A DNA stretch of 64,000 nt from Bugula neritina. Lineage: Eukaryota; Animalia; Bryozoa. This document shows positions 48,601 to 61,522 of this stretch, in pieces. Location of the stretch: positions 6,725,751 through 6,789,750 of the forward strand of contig OZ037773.1 of the NCBI GenBank assembly GCA_964035545.1. Direction: 5' to 3'. Numbering within the stretch: the stretch's first letter is position 1; each line of letters opens with the position of its first letter. Made by a program: the position numbers and the translations under genes. The notes beneath the pieces were generated by a model. That model saw only the letters and a list, made by a program, of their open reading frames with translations, searched no databases and was not told the DNA's origin.

Positions 48601-49285
48601 TAGCATTAGTTACACATCTAACCCCACTAACTCCCTCACTGTATTCTAATTTCTCAATAGCTGCACTAGAATTATAGTTCTCTTATTTATATTATAGCAT
48701 AGTGATTGTAGTTTGAGCATGATAATTTTAGTCTTTAGCAAAATATATTAAAGCTACTTTGGTAGATGGCTTTAACTTCGAGTTAAAGAAAACCATCTAC
48801 CAATATAGCTGCATTTTAACTGAATAACTGGAACTACAGTACTGTAAAGACTGTCACTACAAATTTTTACTGCATATTATTTTGAAATTAGAATAATAGC
48901 TTTTAATGATTAAATATTTCAGTTGGCCCTTTCAATGTAATACTTGAAGGTGTTTGATCAGGTTAAAGGTATTACAAGAAAATCTGCAGCATAAGATGAA
49001 ATGAAATGCTTATTAAAAATGGAATAACCATTATAAGAATAAGATTTTATGACTGAATATCAAACAAAAAAGTGTCAAAAAGCTTTAATTTGCTTTTGAG
49101 AAATTAAACTTTATTTTTATATGTGATTCTATATTAATAAAGCATTATAATATAATGGCATAATATTACTGTCATACAGTGGTGTAGTATAATATAATAT
49201 AATTTATATGCCTTTACCAGGCAATCATCAAATCAAAGAAGAAATAGAAGAAAGTGAACTTAGTACGTGCGATCAGAAAGAATAA
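39603..49285 (+). CDS. Opsin (class A GPCR with retinal-binding lysine), probably xenopsin or ciliary type; 8 coding exons
   Basis: Exons 39603-39702, 41308-41517 (GIFAN...SLAVSD...WVFG), 43837-44040 (CVFHG...LAAIALERW), 45107-45264 (YTEEGRVSCSLDW), 46234-46318, 47002-47164 (WAPY...FFAKVSFTLNPLLYVGMNKKY), 48037-48161, 49221-49285. The K296-equivalent codon is at 47109-47111, with NPxxY, the C110/C187 pair and the E181 equivalent. The subfamily call is an inference. Confidence 0.93.
44954..45060 (-). mobile_element. Truncated SINE fragment next to opsin exon 4
   Basis: ACTCACGTGAGTTTATAG...GAGCAATTATGACTGGATGCTCTTCTTAACATCAC matches the family body. Confidence 0.75.
46016..46100 (+). mobile_element. 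Degenerate SINE head in plus orientation
   Basis: GGAGCAGCTGTAGTCTA..GTGGTCAGAGCACTGGCTTAG...GTTTGAATCTC resembles the tRNA-like head of the family. Confidence 0.55.
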
Positions 49286-50567
49286 ATGGATTCTTCAATA
49301 ATTGAAAAAAATACACAGAATGTTACTTTAAGTAGTAATGCTTTAGTAATATAGCAGGGTACATAATAAAGCTTTGGAGATTTTAAAACCTTTTCTTATT
49401 TTCTATAAAAGTATATATTAAGTTTATAATTACATATTTTGTAAAAATATATAGTACAAGCCTAAAATGTTATATGTATCTATACCTTAACTTCTTAAAA
49501 CATAATTTTCAGCTATATTAAATGCAGTTACATATTATTTTTGTAAATTTTAAATATTTCCATGCAATTGAAAGTTTGCTAGCCTCTGCATATATTTTTT
49601 TCAATTTTTTATAAATCATGCAATTTTGTGATAAAATTTATGTAAATAATTATTCTATTGTTTTCATTTACTAACCTCAGAAATGTAAAACTAAATCTAG
49701 CACTCTGCTAGTTTTTACAGTTTAAGTGTTTTTCTATTTCAAATATGCATTTATAACTAATTATATTATTACCCAAATGTTTATAGTAGTTTTATAATTG
49801 GCACTATACATTATATAGGCTTTATGCAATCTTTATAATATTTTATATTTGGTATGTTCCGTATTTTAAAAAATAAATGATATATAGTTGAGCATGAATT
49901 AGAAAGTATAATTCATAGTCCGAAGGTAATTGGTGGAGTATGTATGATACTTATTGCGACACTAAATTAAAATTCTGAATCAATGTTTGTGTAAGTAGCT
50001 TTATAAAAAATAGATTTCACACTTAGTTGAGAAATTATTTTGATACTGTTAAATGTTTAAATACACTGAGTGAACATTTTTTAGATAATCGCTTTTAATT
50101 TTAAAGTTTCAGTGAAAATGAAAAATAATCAGTAAGCGTCGAAAGCATATAAAGTCCGCAGTGTAAACCCTTGATACTTTTCATCACTATATAATGTCGA
50201 AGAATGAAGATTTCTTTAAATGTCCTTTGAGAAGGGCTAAAGTATGACAACTCTAAAGAAAAAGTTCTATTTTAATCTTGGTTGATAGCAATACTAGAAA
50301 CTTTCAAACTACCTTGAAGGAAAAGTGCAAGGGGCCACATCATAGCTTGTACCAGCTTATAGAATACATTTTTGGTGCTTGTATAAAAGTAGACTTTCAT
50401 GATAGCAACGTGCTAATATGCATGAGCAATGTGCTTTTAAATTGACAAATGATAGGGTAAAAGGAACAGAATTATAAAGGATTTTAAAGTCCATTTGTGT
50501 ACATGTGATTAATTATTTGGGCATCAGCACCTATAGTGATGCATCTCATATCACTATCTATAACTCT

Positions 50568-50732
50568 TACAGTATAGCCCCACGTCTACCCGAGAAATAT
50601 GTACATACAATATAATCCCTTATATACCTCATAACTATGTATATACAGTATGACCCCCTGTCTACCACACAGTTATGCACATACAGTATAACCCCCTATA
50701 TACCCCACATAACTATGTACATACAACATAAT
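50568..50732. repeat. Degenerate ~35-40 bp tandem repeat
   Basis: TACARTATAACCCC...TACC...ACTATGTACA units, about 4 copies. Confidence 0.7.
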
Positions 50733-51797
50733 TCTCTAAATTTTACAAATGTAGCAGACGAAATTTCTAAGATTGAGCACTATATTGAACAGAAAAGCAA
50801 TAATTAGAGACAAAACTAATATTTGGATTATGCTTGTAAAGAATAATCCACCCTAAAATTAACTGTAGGACTTTTCAACCATAAAGGATGTTTATTAACC
50901 ACGTTGTATTTCATTTTCTAAATATTTTGCTAGCAGTTTTAGCTTGCAGTTTACAGCTTGTACCAAAAGTTCTACTTAAAACAACAAACTTTAAATCAAT
51001 TTGATATTACTAGCTGAGGTGAAAACTACTGATATAAATTTAGAAGATCTCAGAGTTTGTAAAAGAATGGTTTATCAGAATTCACCATCAAACAAAAATA
51101 ATCATGTATTAATGTTATTAAAGAGATAGGATTATCATTGCCAACAAAGACACATAGTTATATAATCAACTTAAAAGATAATAAAACTCCGAAGTATTTA
51201 ACTTGAGGGAAAATATAATCTTCTAATGTAAATTACAATAGTAATAAAATATAGCATTCTTTCACATAAACTTAAGAATGTTTGTCAGATAAGCTAATAA
51301 AAGTCTTCAATTTTATTTTTTATTATGCAAAACTTTACAAACAGAACAATAATATTTATGTTAATGTGTAGGTACTTCAAATCTTTGATTGCTTCAATTC
51401 TCATAAGATATGTTTCATCAGTCATGTTTCTTTAATGTGCATACTGAAAATAGGACCAATGAATAAGGTTTTATGCAAACGCATGTGGATCTTAAATAGA
51501 GTTCATCATTTGAGCTATAAACTATATGCGACATACAAATTATATGAGATAATATTTTTGAAGAGAGAAATAAAATACAAGGCACAAACCACGAATATAT
51601 TTATTCCTAATGGAGTTCCCTGCTTCTAAAATATAAACGCACGAGATAAAGGAAATATCATGCTTTGTTGTCTCTCGTACCTGATATAAAACAAAGTAAA
51701 ATTGGAATATAATTTCAAGTTTATTATGTTATAAACGAGATCTAAAAAGAACCATTATTTGGAATTAAGGATTTATTAGCGCGCTTCACAACAACTA

Positions 51798-51869
51798 AGC
51801 AGAGTGGCGCAGTGGAAGCGTGCTGGGCCCATAACCCAGAGGTCGGTGGATCGAAACCACTCTCTGCTA
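51798..51869 (+). tRNA. tRNA-iMet: Initiator tRNA-Met (CAT)
   Basis: AGCAGAGTGGCGCAGTGGAAGCGTGCTGGGCCCATAACCCAGAGGTCGGTGGATCGAAACCACTCTCTGCTA. It has the A1:U72 pair, GGG/CCC anticodon stem, CAT anticodon and GATCGAAA T-loop typical of eukaryotic iMet. Confidence 0.98.
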
Positions 51870-51870
51870 G

Positions 51871-51878
51871 TTTTTTTT
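51871..51878 (+). terminator. RNA polymerase III oligo-T terminator of tRNA-iMet
   Basis: Run of 8 T immediately after the tRNA 3' end. Confidence 0.85.
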
Positions 51879-54074
51879 GTTAAATTAATAAATGATATTA
51901 TCAGCAAAATACCCACCAGTGGTGCAAAGAAATTGATTTTACTTTCTTGAAATAATTGATTGCTGTAAAAAGCCTCCCCCAACACCAGTAGCTTCAACTA
52001 GCTACAGTAACACGTCCTGCCCAACCTGGTAGTTGTTGACTTTTCAAGTACACCTCAAATTAAGCTCCTAACTCATTGTTGTTTGGTGAGAATCTATATC
52101 TTTTCAAATAACCACTTAGCACAAATATTTAACTTCAATGTACTGATATCATTATTAAAATCTACTGTGGCATTAGCTCTTTTGCAACCAACATAAATAA
52201 AACAAACTTTGTTATATTTTGTAGCATATAAAGATTTCATTTGCTATTTCAAAGAAATTATGTTATGAACTACTTTGAGCCTTTGGTTCTATATTACTTG
52301 GTGTTTGAAATATTATGCTATTCTACTTCATACACTCATTGCTTACAAGCAGTGCACTTGTATGCAAAAAGTGGTTCTAGTAATTACTGTATAGTAAGTT
52401 TAGGCGTAAATAGCATAAAGTAAATTTATTTTTCCAAGCAGACCCTCATATATAAGTAATGATGCTACAAATAAGCGTATAGGAATGGTAGCACATATTG
52501 TTAAATTAAATTGCGCAGAAGGCAACATATTTATCAGCACCTACAACTAACATTGTCATAATGAATTTCGATCTCATGAATGAAGCGAGTTTTCACAAAA
52601 ATTGTGTTGTTTTATTTAAAAAAAACCTTTGTTTGCCTAACGTTCGATTAAAATAGTGTTGAAAATCTTGCGGAGTTGTTTAACCCTACCAATTAGCAAT
52701 AAATAAACTGCGTAGCTGGAACCGTTACATCAACTCATGTTTAACATGTCGCTATTGGGTATGATGATGAAAGCTTTTACCATTGGTCAGCATAAAAAAC
52801 ATAGCTGAAAGAAAATAGTTTCACTTCGACTTATACATTTGAAAGTGAAATATAATTATTAATGAGTATTACTATTACTATTAGTATTAGTATTATAAGT
52901 GTGTTTTAGTTGGATGGTATACTAATTAGTTTCAAGAGTGAGTAAGTGGTGTAATTGCAAAAGTCTAAAATAGGATACTGACTATGAGTATCAATCAAGA
53001 ATCGAGTAACTCATTGTCAGTGTGAATCACTCACATCTATTACTATTAGTATTACTATTAGTGACTATTACTATTATTATTAGTATTACTATTGAAATTT
53101 ACACCAGGCTTCACAGTAAGTGTAATGGTAACTAAAACTTTTAGTTAATCATAATGATAATGCAATAGTTTTTAGGACTTACTATTATACTGGAAGATAG
53201 CAAAACTGCTAATACTCCATAAATATAAATTATATCTATTAATTGGCGAGGTGAACATAACTTTCAAATTAACTTCAGTACAACTAGTGGTATAACTGAT
53301 TAGTATTACTATTATTGTTAATATAAGTATGATTTTACTGCTCCAAATAAATGTAGACAATGTTTAGATAGCAGTTTTTATTACAGCATGAATAAATAAA
53401 CCTCACTTTTTCCAGTGTAACATGTAACAACTGTGTAAGATTATAAGATCACTTTTAGATGGTGAAGTCTGCTTGATTCGGTCTGAAGATCATCAATATA
53501 ATGATTTGATTGATTGATTGATTTAACATTTTGATTATGATATTGTAATGAATGCAAAAATATATTACTATTAGTATCACTGTTTTTCTTAGATGGGAAG
53601 CTGATCTAAATTACCGCTTGTTGAGAAGAAGAAAAAAAATATTAGCTCAAAACCAAAAATTATATTTTAAATACTTAATTTCTAGCTGCCAAGTTTTATC
53701 ATGGAATTGACATTTAACAGTTTTTTATAATATTCAATTTTTTGCATAATCAAAGTTTTTATCTCTGATTTAGATTACAACTTTTCAGATTAGCCATGAG
53801 CAGTTGAGGTCCTTTTCCTATGAATAGTGGCTGTAGTTTGTAATGGCTTCCTTGTACACAAATGGTTTTTATAGTGGAATGGTATTTTACTTTGTCAGTA
53901 TTTAGACTGCAACAAGTGTGGTTAATGTAACATGTAATATGAAGTGTAGTATTATGTATTGTCTGAATTTTACTACTCAAAACATTATTTATATGCTACA
54001 GCATTGCAAGAATGGCCCTTAGACCTTAGAAATTACATCACAACTGCCCACACATTGACGAAACTGGCCATCGA

Positions 54075-57000
54075 ATGGGTAGATCTAGGTATATACTAAC
54101 ACCTTGATTCATAATCAACTTTTAACTATAGCATTCCATAAATTATATTACAGTATTCTATAAATTATATTACAGTATTTTATATATTATATTACAGCAT
54201 TTTATATAGTGTATTACAGAATTCTATAACGTATATTAAATCGTTCTATATACATAATATTACAACATTATATATACATTGTATTAAAACATTCTATGCA
54301 TTGTATTACATCATTCTATAAAGTATAATACAGCCTTCTATAAAGTATAATACAGCATTCTATAAAGTATAATACAGTATTCTATAAAGTATAATACAGC
54401 ATTCTATAAAGTATAATACAGTATTTTATAAAGTATAATACAGCATTCTATAAAGTATATTACAGCATTCTATATAGTATACTTTCATGTAAATGAGTTT
54501 GAGCAGTCATTGCATTTCTTCCTTGTTTTTATCTGATGACTGGTTTATCTTATATAAACAATTATAACATTGTATGGGCTTGCTATTCACAGTGCAGTTA
54601 TAATTGCTGATACCCTTATCTGTTGTTTTAGCTATGCTTTAGTTTTCCCATCACTAGACATGGTAATTAGTGAGTTAATTTCTGTCACCGTCATGGCTGT
54701 ACATATTATATTTTGTTGCTATGAGGAATAATGAGAATCCATTTATTATTTGTCAATTGTCATGTCACTCATGATGTCACATGTCACTCACCATGTCACA
54801 AACATCCTAATGATCTCTCAGCTGCTGGATTTTTCTAAAGCCAAACTTGGTTACCATGTGAAAACAAATTGGAATAATTGATGAGAATTTCCATATAGTT
54901 TTTACTTCTTTAAAGTATTATTATGTTTATTCATATTTTAATTATTAAATTTTCAAAGCACACACACAAGCGCACACATACAAATATATAAATATACAAA
55001 AACATTCATGTATTCATATACATATACATATACGTAAGCTATGGGACCACATGTGTATGAAGCAACTGCTGACGCTGTCAACTTGTCCTGCTGTCATAAA
55101 TCATCTGGATACTAAATAGTTTATGCTCACAGAGAGTTCTATTGGTATGAGCTGTTGCTAACCAGCTGTGCTGTTTTAAGTGCTTTACTGTATTGCTGTA
55201 GGTATAATATTGTAATACTGTAAGTGTGCTAGTTCAATGCTGTAGGTAAAATACTGTAATATCGTAGGTATAATACTGTAATATCGTAGGTATAATACTG
55301 TAATATCGTAGGTATAATACTGTAATATCGTAGGTATAATATTGTATTGTTGTAGGTATACTATTGTAATACTGTAGGTGTGATACTGTAATGCTGTATA
55401 TGTAATACTGGACACTGTTGGTAAAACTTTGGTGTGCTGTAAATAACTTTGGTGTGCTGAAGGTAACTTTGGTGTGATGTAGGTATATTAGTGTAGTGCA
55501 GTAGTCAACTCTTCTATGCTGTAGGTAACTTTGCTGTGATGTAGGTAACTTTGCTGTGCTGTAGGTATACTAGTGTTGTGCTGTAGGGAACTTTGCTGTG
55601 CTGTAGGTATAATATTGCAATGCTGTAGGTATACTGGTGCTGTGCTGTAGGTAACTTTGCTGTGCTGTAGAGAACTTTGCTGTGCTGTAGGTATAATATT
55701 GCAATGCTGTAGGTAACTTTGCTGTGATGTAGGTAACTTTGCTGTGATGTAGGTAACTTTGCTGTGATGTAGGTAACTTTACTGTGCTGTAGGTAACTTT
55801 ACTGTGCTGTAGGTATGCTGAGTTGCTCACGCACTATCCTGTACCCATACTTGCTGTTATACTAGTTGTTGTCTGCTCCTGCACTCTACTCAGTGTCCTT
55901 GTAGCTAAACCTCCAGACTTTTCTGATCCCCTGCAGGTTGGTGTTCTCTACATTATTTAATCACCCTCATTTATTATACTAATTTAATGTTAGAATCAAT
56001 TACTTGCTTATATCTGTCTGTTTTATTAAAAGAAGGAATGGTTTCAATATAGCCTAATTATTAAAACATTATAATTAAAAATCAGTCAAATGTGGAAATT
56101 CTAATTTGGTCTGTATTTCTTCCCAGACTATTAATTACCTCCCAGTTTAAGATTAGGTGTGGCCGCAGTGCCTTGTGTGTAATTATCGCTAGCCTTATGT
56201 TAGTATACTTTTAAGCTTGTGGTTTTGAGGGTGCTGAGTCAGACCTGTCCATAACTTAGGAACACCCTTAGCCCTAGAAAACAGGTTATATAGCTGATGC
56301 GTCTGCATATAGAAACAATTCACCCCCAGATGTTGTACTGGTGAATCTATGCTGGAGAGCGCAGGCTATGTGGTTCCTATCAGTCGCAGTTAACTCATGA
56401 CTCATAGCACTATAAAATCATCTGGCAGCACCTTTGTACAGAGTAGTCAGCAGCCCGAATGATTGTTAGAAAAGTTGCTGGGTAAATGACAGCCGTTTAG
56501 TAACTCATGAGTCGGGGGGCAGCTCTCGGTAGAATTATCAGAACTCACTTGGTAGCAGTAGTAGTTACACAAGTTGGTAAAATACTACTGTTTTGGCAGT
56601 TTTAATCAACGGAAATAGTATCAACCTCACGCATTCTGAATATACATAACTGGCTAAATTCTAACTTGATCTTTGACTCTAATAACTAGTAAATTTGCTT
56701 CATGAAATAATCTTTATAGTGAGGTGACAATTCCACTTTGTTCTAATAAGGCTAGCGATTAAATGCAAGCTAAGTTTTGTTTATCAACAGTTTGGGAATC
56801 GAACATATTTCTATAATCCTACATAATAACCATGAAATCCAGTCTAACATATAGTTGAAACCATGCAATAGTAATTGCTATGCCGTATCTCATAGCAAAG
56901 ACAGCAGCTGACCCGATGTATTTAGGTCAGCTAGACATATGTGTTGACAGAAATGATGGTGTAATTTTTATATTCTAACTTCTCAATCAACTCCTACACA

Positions 57001-60000
57001 TACTAGCAAGATATACCGCTGTGGGAATACTGGCTAGGCTTGTAAGTTGCCCTCCCTTTGTAAGTAAGCTAATGGAATATTGTCTAGTGACAAAGTGAAA
57101 GGCTGCTGGAGAGTTTACAAGTAGTTTGGGACATTTTAATGACAGCCTGTCTCCTACATGGATGCTGTACAGATGAATTTGTGGTATCAGTTTGCATGGA
57201 CATATGGTTGGTTTCATTCAACTGTTTCCAGACATGGAACAAAGAATCCATTGGCATAAACTTGGAAACTGGTGCTAATCATTGTAGAATGTTGTATTCT
57301 TCACAGTCATTGCAGTGAATAAGGAAGCTACACATATCTGTTTAGTCAGTTATATGTTTTGACAGCTAGCTATGTTGTATACTGGGGCATGTGTTCCTTG
57401 TAGTCATAATTGTTATGATTTGTTTGTAGTTAGAAATTGTAAGGTTACTGAAAGTTGACAAGGAACTTTAGTCCAGAGCATATAGTACAATCCCACCCCA
57501 ACTGTAGGCTTTAGGTTTAATTTGATTATATAGTCTGAGTCCATTGCAAGTTTAGTCTGGGTTTTATGACTGTAGGGATTTATACCGAGGTACACGGATA
57601 TCCACAGCTCTTACAGGGCATGGCATAGTTTAGTAGAAAACACAGCCATCAGTTCTGGATCACGTGACCTTTTGACCTTCTATCCTCTGGACGAGAAGGC
57701 AACTGCTGGAACATGGAACACAACGACCTCTACAGTTAATGAACTACATCAAAGGCTTCGAAGTATGTAACTTGATGTAACAGGTCATGGTGTGTGATGG
57801 GCGTAGAGGTACCAGTAAATCTTGTACTGATTTGATCTAACAACTAAAAGTTCAATATCAATCTTTGCACTCATATTGAATTGATTTTATTTAGAGTTGC
57901 CTTCTCTCTCACGGTCACTGTAAATAACTGAATTAAAGCATACATGTTCAAGCTAATAATTTTAATATGTGTTTTCAACATTATAAAATAACTCATTGTG
58001 TCTTACATCTTAAACATTTAAACTGCATGTTTATGCAATTAATGAATAATTGGTTATATTTTATTACTCCATTGTTTCACTGTTCTACTTCATTTTAATT
58101 GAATTAGTTAAATCTGATAATGGAAAAGCACTTTTACTGCGGTTATCACTTGACAAATTCGAGCTATCATTTTAAATATGTTAGACTGTGCTCCTCAAAT
58201 CTGTGAAATATCATTGGCATATCTCGCAGGAATTTCCTCGATTGATGCGAGTAATGAGTCGGATAGTGACATCACTTCCTATGGAACGACAACTCCTGAT
58301 TTCTATGCTCCGTTCACCGGAAGAGTTTTATCTCGTAAAGAGCAGTTTTTCTGTGATTCCAAACCTCGTGAGTTTCCTAACACAGTGCAGCTGTGTTTCT
58401 GACATCCTGTTTTCTATTCTTTAACTAAAAATCTTGAAGTTCTTTATGACTTTAGTTGTGTCAAGCACTTTATATATGTGAGATGTATACTGTATCATGT
58501 GTATTTATTATAGATGATACACGTATTTTATGTGGTACGCAGCTGTAATTGCAATGGGTTAATTGTACTACCTAATTATGTGAATCTTTCATCTCCTTTT
58601 TTGCTTCTGCTGTCCATAATTACTGGACACATTTACTCAGTTCTTACTATTTTTAGCTTCCTAGTAATTGACAACTTATTATAACATTACCATGTCTTGT
58701 AAAGTTTTTTGTGCCTTCAAATTAATTAATTAATCACTATTCGATATTGGTTCAACTTAAGTTTGACAAAGACGCTGTGTTATGTGCTCCAGTTTCTATC
58801 TCATTGACTTACCATTGCAGGGGGAGGCTACGCGCAGTTGGCCTTCAGTACCAGTGAAGACATTTACAAGATGAACTTTGACACGTTTACTCAACTTTGC
58901 CAACTGCAGACAGATGTAGAGTCATCAGAATATTACAAGCCTGTCTGCCTGTTTGACTGTATGTGTCGGAGTTTCTCATTGGTCAACTATGTAGCCTATC
59001 TGTCCAATAGGAGTTCATGCTTTGATGTCACTCAACCCGATCTGACATCCACATTGCAGCTCCTTCAATATTGCTACACTTTTTATGAGACTATTCCGTT
59101 TGACTGCTGGTACGGTGGTGGAATGTTTCACTCGGCGCGCTGTAATGTTAGTGACCGGTGTGCTAACGAAGCTATATTCGAGGTCTACCACTATATCATA
59201 AGCACTGATAAACCCATCACTCTTACTTTTTTACACATGGCGCAAGGCAAGCCTACTTATTCTTTATACACAGAGCTACGTAACGTCATATCGAAAAGTA
59301 GAAACAAAAATGTTCACCTGATGGCCTTGAACTTTGGTCTTAAAGAATACGAATTTGAGTTGTCACTCACATCTGACATCTGCTGGATTAGTCTTGCGTT
59401 GGTCGTTGTAGTACTCATTATTTGGGTTTACACTGAGTCTGTGTTCATTACGTTCATGGCCTGCACGTCTATGGCTTTCACAATTATACTCAGTTATACA
59501 CTGTATCAGTTTGTGTTTCATATAGAATACTTTCCTTTTCTCAATTTATTGGCAACTATTGTGGTGATCGGTATTGGGGCTGATGACTTGTTCATCTACT
59601 GGAAGACATGGGTCTCCATCAAACACAGTCGAAATGCTAGTATACTTGAGCGAATCGTAACGTACACTTTTGAGCACGCTTCCACGGCCATGTTTGTTAC
59701 CAGCGCCAGCACGGCTACTGCTTTCTTTGCCTGTACATACACGGACATTGTTTCCATGCGCTGTTTCTGTATATATGCCGGAACATGTGTGCTCGTGCAT
59801 TACGTCATTGTCATTACTTGGCTTCCTGCATGCGTAGTGATCTATGAGAAATACGCTTTGAGGGGTTGCCATGTATTTGGAAAAGAAAGCAAAGTTGGCA
59901 AATTATTTCGCTCCATTCATTCTCGGTTGACCAGACTTTCACGCTTTCTTCTCAACAGACAATCAATAATTGCTACCATATCCTATGCCTGGCTTCCTTT

Positions 60001-61522
60001 ATTTCTCGTCATTAGTGTTGGTGGTGCTATCGCTCTCTTTGGTTGGCCTAGACTATCCCCTCCATCATCAGATACCTTCCAGATGCTGTCTTTTAGACAT
60101 CCGTTTGAAGTTTTTGATAGAGAGGTGAGAAAACACGTGAACTTCTTGTCCTCCTACGCCTCTCTTCCGATCACATTTGTATTTGGAGTAAGCAAAGCTT
60201 TTAACGGAGGCTACTTTGACATCAAATCACACGGCTCGTTGGTTCTTCAACCTCTGCCTGACCTTTCACTTCCTGAAACACAGCTTTGGTTCTCTAACTT
60301 CTGTTGGGAACTTAGGCAACAAGATTTCTTTGACAATTCAATTACCCAATCACATGGCTGTTTTGTGGAAGAGCTCCGTGCATGGATTACAGTTAGATCA
60401 TGCGCCTCTGATTTGTGCTGCCAAGATTTAGTATTTCCATACAACCAGTCCGTATTCTCATATTGTCTTGACAAGTATACGGCAGCTACCATGACTTATG
60501 GGCATACTGTTGCTTCTCCTGGTGTCAGGTACAAAAATAATAAACCAGCTACTGTAATTATCAGCTTTCAGTCGAATGTAAAGGCTGACTACAACTACGA
60601 TATGATGGAGAACTTTCACAAAAATGTCTCTACATTCCTACAGAAAGTAACTGCCAATACAGAGATGAGCATGAAGCTGTATAAGCCTTTCTTCACTGCA
60701 TCTGGAGGATTATTATTTTATGATGTTCAGTCAACATTGCTGAGGTCCTTGCCATTGTCTTTAGCAGTCGTGTTGTTGGCATCATCCATTATTGTGTTTG
60801 TCACCACTTTAAATATACTTTTAACTGTTGCTGCGCTCATTACTATTTCTTGTTCTTTACTCACTACCTTGGGTATCCTTTCTTTGTTGGGCTGGGAATT
60901 AAATATTCTTGAATCAGTTATAATGTCGCTGGCTGTTGGTCTTTCAATGGACTTTCCTTTGCATGTGGCTGTGGCGTACAGAATCTCGCCTCTCACTCAA
61001 GACAGGAAGCAGCGAGTAATGACGAGTTTGCGTCATGTTGGAGGATGTTTAACGGCGGCTATGCTCACAACACTGGTGGCTGGTATCTGTATGCTGCCTG
61101 CCCAGGTTGTTGCTTATGTCAAGCTTGGCACCTTTCTTACTTTAGTCATTATCTCCTCTTGGCTTTACTCCATGTTTTTTATGCCTTCCCTACTCATTCA
61201 TATTGGTCCAGTCGGATCATTCTTGCAACTCAGGTTTAAATGTTGTGGAAGAAACCGCCGTCGTTCACCTAAAGATTCTGCGGACAAAGCTACTTATTCT
61301 GACGAGATCTCTTCAGAGCTGACGCCATCTTTACCGATGACCACTTCACGGTCACCATTAGCTCCAGTTATTGAGGAATCAGCAGAAGAACTAGAGCTCA
61401 GTAAATTAGAGCAGATAACTCCAGCTAGTGCTTTACTGGAGCCTAGAAATATGGCCAGATCAGAACTGTCCTATAGCCGACTAAGTCCTATCGTAGAAAC
61501 ATATGAAAGTGACGAGCCTTAG
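54075..61522 (+). CDS. DISP1: Protein dispatched homolog (RND / sterol-sensing-domain Hedgehog release protein)
   Basis: Exons 54075-54088 (MGRSR, tentative start), 55813-55936 (YAELLTHYPV...PDFSDPLQ), 57576-57762 (GFIPRYT...), 58230-58367 (FFCDSKP) and a large terminal exon 58821-61522. Motifs include FPFLNLLATIVVIGIGADDLF (GxxxDD), AMFVTSASTATAF, HPFEVFD, GWELNILES and AVGLSMDFPLH (GxxxD). The giant last exon is typical of dispatched genes. Confidence 0.95.
54125..54482. repeat. 22-bp minisatellite (TACAGCATTCTATAAAGTATAA) in the first dispatched intron
   Basis: About 16 units, most homogeneous at 54320-54470. Confidence 0.9.
55188..55812 (+). repeat. Mixed 22-bp and 20-bp minisatellite (GTATAATACTGTAATATCGTAG / GTAACTTTGCTGTGCTGTAG) ending at the dispatched exon acceptor
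   Basis: More than 20 units, most joined by TAG|GTA. Confidence 0.92.

Noticed and set aside
54125-55812. CRISPR-like arrays
   Set aside because: Eukaryotic context with head-to-tail repeats, no unique spacers and no cas genes; these are minisatellites.
59546-61239. Short ORFs overlapping the dispatched terminal exon
   Set aside because: Antisense or alternative-frame shadows of a long coding exon with no motifs of their own.
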